Assembly: GCA_032718475.1 (NCBI GenBank)
Contig: JAUCBJ010005025.1
Location: 1 to 59,253, forward strand
DNA length: 59,253 bases
Source of the DNA: Nemertoderma westbladi
Taxonomy: Eukaryota; Animalia; Xenacoelomorpha
Reading direction: 5' to 3'
Part shown: positions 59,161 through 59,253 of the stretch, piece by piece
Layout of the letters: every line of letters begins with the position of its first letter
Numbering within the stretch: position 1 is the first letter of the stretch
Position numbers and translations under genes: made by a program
The notes under the pieces: generated by a model
Databases searched by the model: none
Seen by the model: only the letters and a program-made list of their open reading frames with translations
What the model was told of the DNA's origin: nothing

Positions 59161-59253
59161 AGGGGCAACTACTTGGGTGTTTATATTAATATTAATTAAT
59201 ATTTATTAATTTGGTGTGATCCAAAACATTTAAAAGGTGTATTATTAATTAGT

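Overview
AT-rich eukaryotic (invertebrate-like) DNA made mostly of repeats and transposons. No rRNA, tRNA or CRISPR array is supported. Main contents: (1) three paralogous single-ORF genes on the minus strand (1249-1590, 5665-6039, 43787-44152) encoding small single-pass membrane proteins with a conserved tail ending in a PPxY motif; (2) a ~6.6-kb satellite of a palindromic 22-bp unit; (3) two nested BEL/Pao LTR retrotransposons. The inner element (20066-32530, + strand) has equal-length 1203-bp LTRs and an ACAGG target-site duplication. It keeps Gag-protease, lacks RT and integrase, and carries an extra 3' ORF with three CCHC knuckles. Where a tRNA primer-binding site should be, it has a 13-mer exactly complementary to a sequence inside its own LTR, which suggests Tf1-like self-priming. 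The outer element (- strand) has a complete pol whose integrase has lost two catalytic residues. The rest is decayed LINEs (RTE, RTE-X-like, CRE-like, a SAP-domain ORF1), piggyBac-like and Helentron-like non-autonomous elements, a Penelope-like insertion with a degenerate hammerhead fold, and minisatellites. All calls come from reading the sequence by eye; no searches or alignments were run.
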